A model generated the notes under the pieces. It was not told the origin of the DNA and did no database searches. It saw only the letters and a list, made by a program, of their open reading frames with translations. A program made the position numbers and the translations under genes. 24,000 bases of DNA, from NCBI RefSeq assembly GCF_023566095.1, contig NZ_JAKNSP010000002.1, one strand, 5' to 3'. Shown piece by piece: positions 20,745 through 24,000 of the stretch (its first letter is position 1; each line of letters begins with the position of its first letter). The stretch comes from Spiroplasma attinicola. Lineage in GTDB: Bacteria > Bacillota_I > Bacilli_A > Mycoplasmatales > VBWQ01.

Positions 20745-20857
20745 CAGAAAAAGCATAGTGAGTAGGGTTTTTCCTGAGCCCTATTTTTTGTTAAAAAGGG
20801 CGAAGGGAAAACACAATAAATAACTTTCTAATAGCAATTTATTGCGGTTAGAAAGGT
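20745..20857 (+). promoter_or_regulatory. oriT-like region upstream of mob (two hairpins)
   Basis: Hairpin 1 is CAGAAAAA [GCATAGTGAGTAGGG] TTTTTC(C)TG at 20745..20776. Hairpin 2 at 20822..20857 has arms AACTTTCTAATAGCAAT and ATTGCGGTTAGAAAGGT around a TT loop, with 14 of 17 positions paired. The region sits immediately 5' of a MobV relaxase gene. Confidence 0.45.
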
Positions 20858-20872
20858 GTAAAGGAAAGATTT

Positions 20873-22027
20873 ATGGAATTTCGTGAAAGGTGCTGGGCTG
20901 TTAAGTTTTTGTGATAAGACAATAAAACGAATTTTAACTGAAGCAATTAATAAGTCAATTTATCATAATTTTCGGCAGTCAATTCCCGAAAATGTTAATC
21001 CCCAATTAACGCCATTAAATTTGAATTTTTTTAATGGCTAAATAAAATCATTGGATAAAGATGAAGGCTATCAAAAAGCAAAAGCATATCGTCAATCTTT
21101 AATGGATTTAGTTCATAAGAGTTCAGATAATCAACAAGCAATTTATTCACCAAGTAAAAGAACTAGGTTTGATAGTTTTTGTCAGAAGTGTCTTATTTAC
21201 TTGGAAGGTGTTTTGCCTAATACAAGACAAGAATGATTTGAAGCAATGGGATATGTAAATTTACTAATGATTTTGTTGATGATGCCAAAACTGGAACTAG
21301 AAAAATGGGAAAGTTAATTATTGATAGCGTTGATTGAAAAAAACTAAAAGCATGAGCAAAAGCAGAAATTAATTTTATGAAACAATGATTAAAAAATAAT
21401 TTAGGTGATGATAAAAGATTTGTTTATGCTACTGTCCATGTTGATGAGACAATACCTCATGTTCATTTTGGTTTAGTGCCGATTACAAAATCATTTTCAA
21501 AATCGTTAAATCAAGATCGATATGTTTTAAGTAACAATCGTAATTTTGGTCGACCAGAAAAAATGCGTAAATTTCATATTTATCATACCAATTATTTAAC
21601 AAAATCAGGATTTGAAATTTTACCTGGTGAAAAAGGTTCATATAATGCGGCTAGTTTTAGAGAAGTTAAGGAAATTGAAAAAAGACGAGTTGAGCAAAAA
21701 ATTGAAAGTCTAATTTTTCAATTAAGATTAGAAGGTGAAGACTATCAAAAATATCAAGTTGCCAAACAATATCAAGATTATTATGAGCAAAGAATTCAAG
21801 AAGTAAAATCATATTTATTACTAAGTGAATTCAATGATTTTGAAAAAAATCAATTAACGCAATACTTACAATTATTAGAAAAAGTTCGCTATTACAAAAT
21901 TGTTAATAGTAGTCTGCAAGCAAAGAAACAAAATGCTGAATTGTTAGAACATTATCAAAATGAATTAGACATTATGACAATTAGGTTAGAAAATTTATTA
22001 ACTAAAGGTTATAGTTTAAGTATTTAA
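20873..22027 (+). pseudogene. mob: MobV/Pre-family plasmid mobilisation relaxase, disrupted by at least three lesions
   Basis: ATG 20873 follows AAGGAAAG and gives MEFRERCWAVKFL, after which the frame is lost in the T5 run near 20906. Next comes ..CDKTIKRILTEAINKSIYHNFRQSIPENVNPQLTPLNLNFFNG (HxxR motif I), ending at an in-frame TAA at 21039. That frame continues to about 21250 and then shifts. The final part reads ..RKMGKLIIDSVDWKKLKAWAKAEINFMKQWLKNNLGDDKRFVYATVHVDETIPHVHFGLVP (HxDE..PHxH motif III) and a coiled-coil tail to TAA 22027. Confidence 0.75.
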
Positions 22028-22102
22028 AAAATATTTAAAAACTTATATAGTTTTTTAAATTATTAGTTTTATAATTTATTTAATGGAGGGGAGGAATATA
22101 AT

Positions 22103-22366
22103 ATGGAATTAAGCAATAAAACTATAAATGCTTGAAATAAAGCTAAATTTTGTAATTGCAGTGATCAAGATTGTCAACAAAATCATAGATTATGTGGAAT
22201 TTGTGGTGGCACAATTGTTTATACAGCTCATGTGAGCAATCAACCAAATAGTAAGTATAGATGAAATGTAGACCACATTATTGCAAAATCAAATTATGGT
22301 GCCAATGATATTAGTAATTTACAAGTTGTTCATGTATTATGTAATCAAACTAAAGCAAATAATTAA
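22103..22366 (+). CDS. small HNH endonuclease-domain protein (87 aa), paralogue 2
   Basis: ATG 22103 follows GGAGGGGAGG. The product is MELSNKTINAWNKAKFCNCSDQDCQQNHRLCGICGGTIVYTAHVSNQPNSKYRWNVDHIIAKSNYGANDISNLQVVHVLCNQTKANN. It aligns with paralogue 1 across LCGIC..TIVYTAH.SNQP.S.Y.WN.DHI at both protein and DNA level. Confidence 0.8.
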
Positions 22367-22384
22367 TTATTATAAATTAACTTA

Positions 22385-22417
22385 AAAAGGTTTCATTTAA
22401 TAAATGAAACCTTTTTT
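22385..22417 (+). terminator. rho-independent terminator after HNH gene 2
   Basis: AAAAGGTTTCATTTA / TAAATGAAACCTTTT forms a near-perfect 15-bp palindrome, followed by a T-run. Confidence 0.75.
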
Positions 22418-22569
22418 ATTTTGTCTAATTAAAATAAAGGAGGGAAAAAATGAATAAAAATCATATTTTAAAAAAATACTAAGAAATTATTTTATTTTTA
22501 ATAAAAAAAATTATAATTTACTTTAATAAGATTATTAACTACCAGTGAAAGTTAAATTAGGGTAAGTTT

Positions 22570-23715
22570 ATGAAAGAAATAAAAAAATTTGATACTTTAA
22601 TTCCAAAAATAATTAAATGAGCTTTAATTAATTGTATTCTTTGAGGATGATTATGGGGGACTTGCTTTTTAGTTTTTAAAAAATATCATGTTTATTTAAA
22701 CTTAGCTTTAGGCATTGAAATAATGACTATTATTTTATTAACAATATTTATTATTTTAGGTTTGTACACATTTTCATTTTCATTAAAAATTCATTCATCA
22801 ATTAAATATGATAGTCCTAATTGAATTCATATTAAATGCAAAGTTAATAAAATAGACTTAAATGGATTTTATGATTGCTATATTAATAAAAAAAAGAATG
22901 AAAAATTTAAAATTTTGAAGCATAAAAAAATGTTTTATTTTATAAAATTAATATTCATTTTAATTATTATTTATATACTTATATTTGTTTGAATTGACCT
23001 TTTCTTAGGAGAAATAATAAATAATATAAGGCTAATTAATTTTATTACAAATACTATTAGTATAATAATTGGTCTTATTACAGGTTCTATTAGTGGCAAA
23101 TGAATTAATGAAATAATGAAGAATAACGAGGAAATTGAAAATGAATTTCAAAATTTCAAAAATAAGTTACTTCAATTTAATTCATTTATTAAAAAAAATT
23201 CTCAAAATTTAAATGAAAGTAATTATTTAAGTTTATCATTTTTGCCAAATTTCTTTTACGGCTTAAATTATAAAGATAAAGAAAATATTAATATTATTGT
23301 ATTAGATTTAAAAAGGTATTTTAATCAATTTTATTTAATTAAAGAATTTTTAGTAATAAAATATCTGTTTTTTTTATTAAAAAATGAAAATGGAATATTT
23401 AAGCAAAAATATTTAAAATCAATAAAACATCAATTACATGAATTAATTCTTCTCATTTTTGAAGATGAAGAAGCATCTTATTTAAAACCTATATTAGATT
23501 TTGAAAAAATTAATAGATCTTATTCTCAATTTGTATTTAAAATGAATGTAATCAGAAAAAAATGGGGAACTCAAAAAATTTTAATTTTTCTTCAAAAAAA
23601 TAATTTAAATTTAAAATCAAAATTAACATTAACTAATTTTGAATTTGATAATCTATATTTTGATTTACATTATTTTCAATTAATGTATTTAGAATATTTT
23701 TTTACAATAATTTAA
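22570..23715 (+). CDS. hypothetical membrane protein, four predicted N-terminal TM helices plus a roughly 200-aa soluble C-terminal domain (381 aa)
   Basis: ATG 22570 is in frame with track ORF 23116..23715, reading through 7 in-frame TGA codons. Hydrophobic segments are ALINCILWGWLWGTCFLVF, IEIMTIILLTIFIILGLYTF, FYFIKLIFILIIIYILIFVWI and LINFITNTISIIIGLITGSI. I recognise no motif in the C-terminal half. Confidence 0.7.
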
Positions 23716-23794
23716 ATATAAGCAAAATATTATTTTTATTAATTAATATTTGAAGTTATAATTTATATAGTTTCAAAAGGAAAGGAGGCAAGAA

Positions 23795-24000
23795 ATGAGA
23801 AAATGTGGGCATAAAGACAATAAAGATTGTGCTTGAAATAATGCAGATGATCATGAAAATCACCTTGATGAAGAACAATATCGAGCATGTTTTAGTTGTG
23901 GCGGAAGAATGAATAAAGGTGCTTATGAAGGCAAACAGGAAGGTACAGGAGATGAAACTTGAAATATTCATCATATAGATAGTAATCCGAAAAATAATAT
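23795..24000 (+). CDS. HNH endonuclease-domain protein, paralogue 3 (5' part; runs off the window end)
   Basis: ATG 23795 follows AAAGGAGG. The product begins MRKCGHKDNKDCAWNNADDHENHLDEEQYRACFSCGGRMNKGAYEGKQEGTGDETWNIHHIDSNPKNN.... It has a CxxC and then WNIHHID, which corresponds to WN.DHI in paralogues 1 and 2. Both Trp are TGA. Confidence 0.7.

Larger units (their letters stand above)
17940..22030. mobile_element. decayed remnant of an integrated conjugative or mobilisable plasmid-like element (traE-like remnant, oriT-like region, mob pseudogene) with cargo genes
   Basis: A VirB4/TraE-like fragment and a MobV relaxase pseudogene co-occur, both carrying multiple lesions, with an oriT-like hairpin region between them. 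The boundaries are not defined by recognisable att or terminal repeats. Confidence 0.45.

Noticed and set aside
19838-21041. The two in-frame TAA codons (19838, 21039) as possible recoding or readthrough sites
   Set aside because: TAA is the normal stop of nearly every intact gene here, and both host genes carry or adjoin other lesions. Simple nonsense decay is the more economical explanation.
23756-23974. 72-aa minus-strand ORF
   Set aside because: It is antisense to HNH paralogue 3, which has a strong AAAGGAGG RBS. Its product is hydrophobic, low-complexity and typical of an AT-rich antisense frame.
1-24000. Search for CRISPR arrays, rRNA or tRNA genes, IS elements with terminal inverted repeats, and integrase or recombinase genes
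   Set aside because: I saw no regularly spaced direct repeats, no GC-rich structured RNA genes and no transposase- or integrase-like translation in any frame I read. Absence is by eye only.

Overview
Very AT-rich Mollicutes-type chromosomal segment that must be read with genetic code 4 (TGA = Trp). The supplied ORF track treated TGA as stop, so most real genes are fragmented there; I re-joined fragments by frame and checked junction codons by hand. Positions 1-17.5 kb are core genome. On the minus strand: smc followed by two small membrane or coiled-coil genes. On the plus strand: a multi-pass membrane protein, then a MacB/FtsX-type ABC transporter (1394-aa permease plus ATPase). On the minus strand: a secreted protein with four tandem 78-aa repeats and a minimal division cluster mraZ-rsmH-ftsA-ftsZ-sepF, with a promoter and three 10-bp-phased GGG boxes (MraZ-operator-like) upstream. 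Then a formate/nitrite-family transporter on the plus strand. Positions 17.5-24 kb are an accessory island, the most interesting part. It holds three small HNH-nuclease paralogues, a multiply frameshifted VirB4/TraE-like remnant and a MobV/Pre-type relaxase pseudogene preceded by an oriT-like hairpin region. It also holds an intact 344-aa protein with a C-terminal HEPN-like RNxxAH motif, and a decayed two-gene module (small acidic ORF plus an Rx4H protein) bracketed by two direct copies of the oriT-nick-like sequence. A 381-aa four-TM protein is followed by the third HNH gene. No rRNA, tRNA or CRISPR array was seen. The taxon (Spiroplasma/Entomoplasmatales-like) is an inference only.
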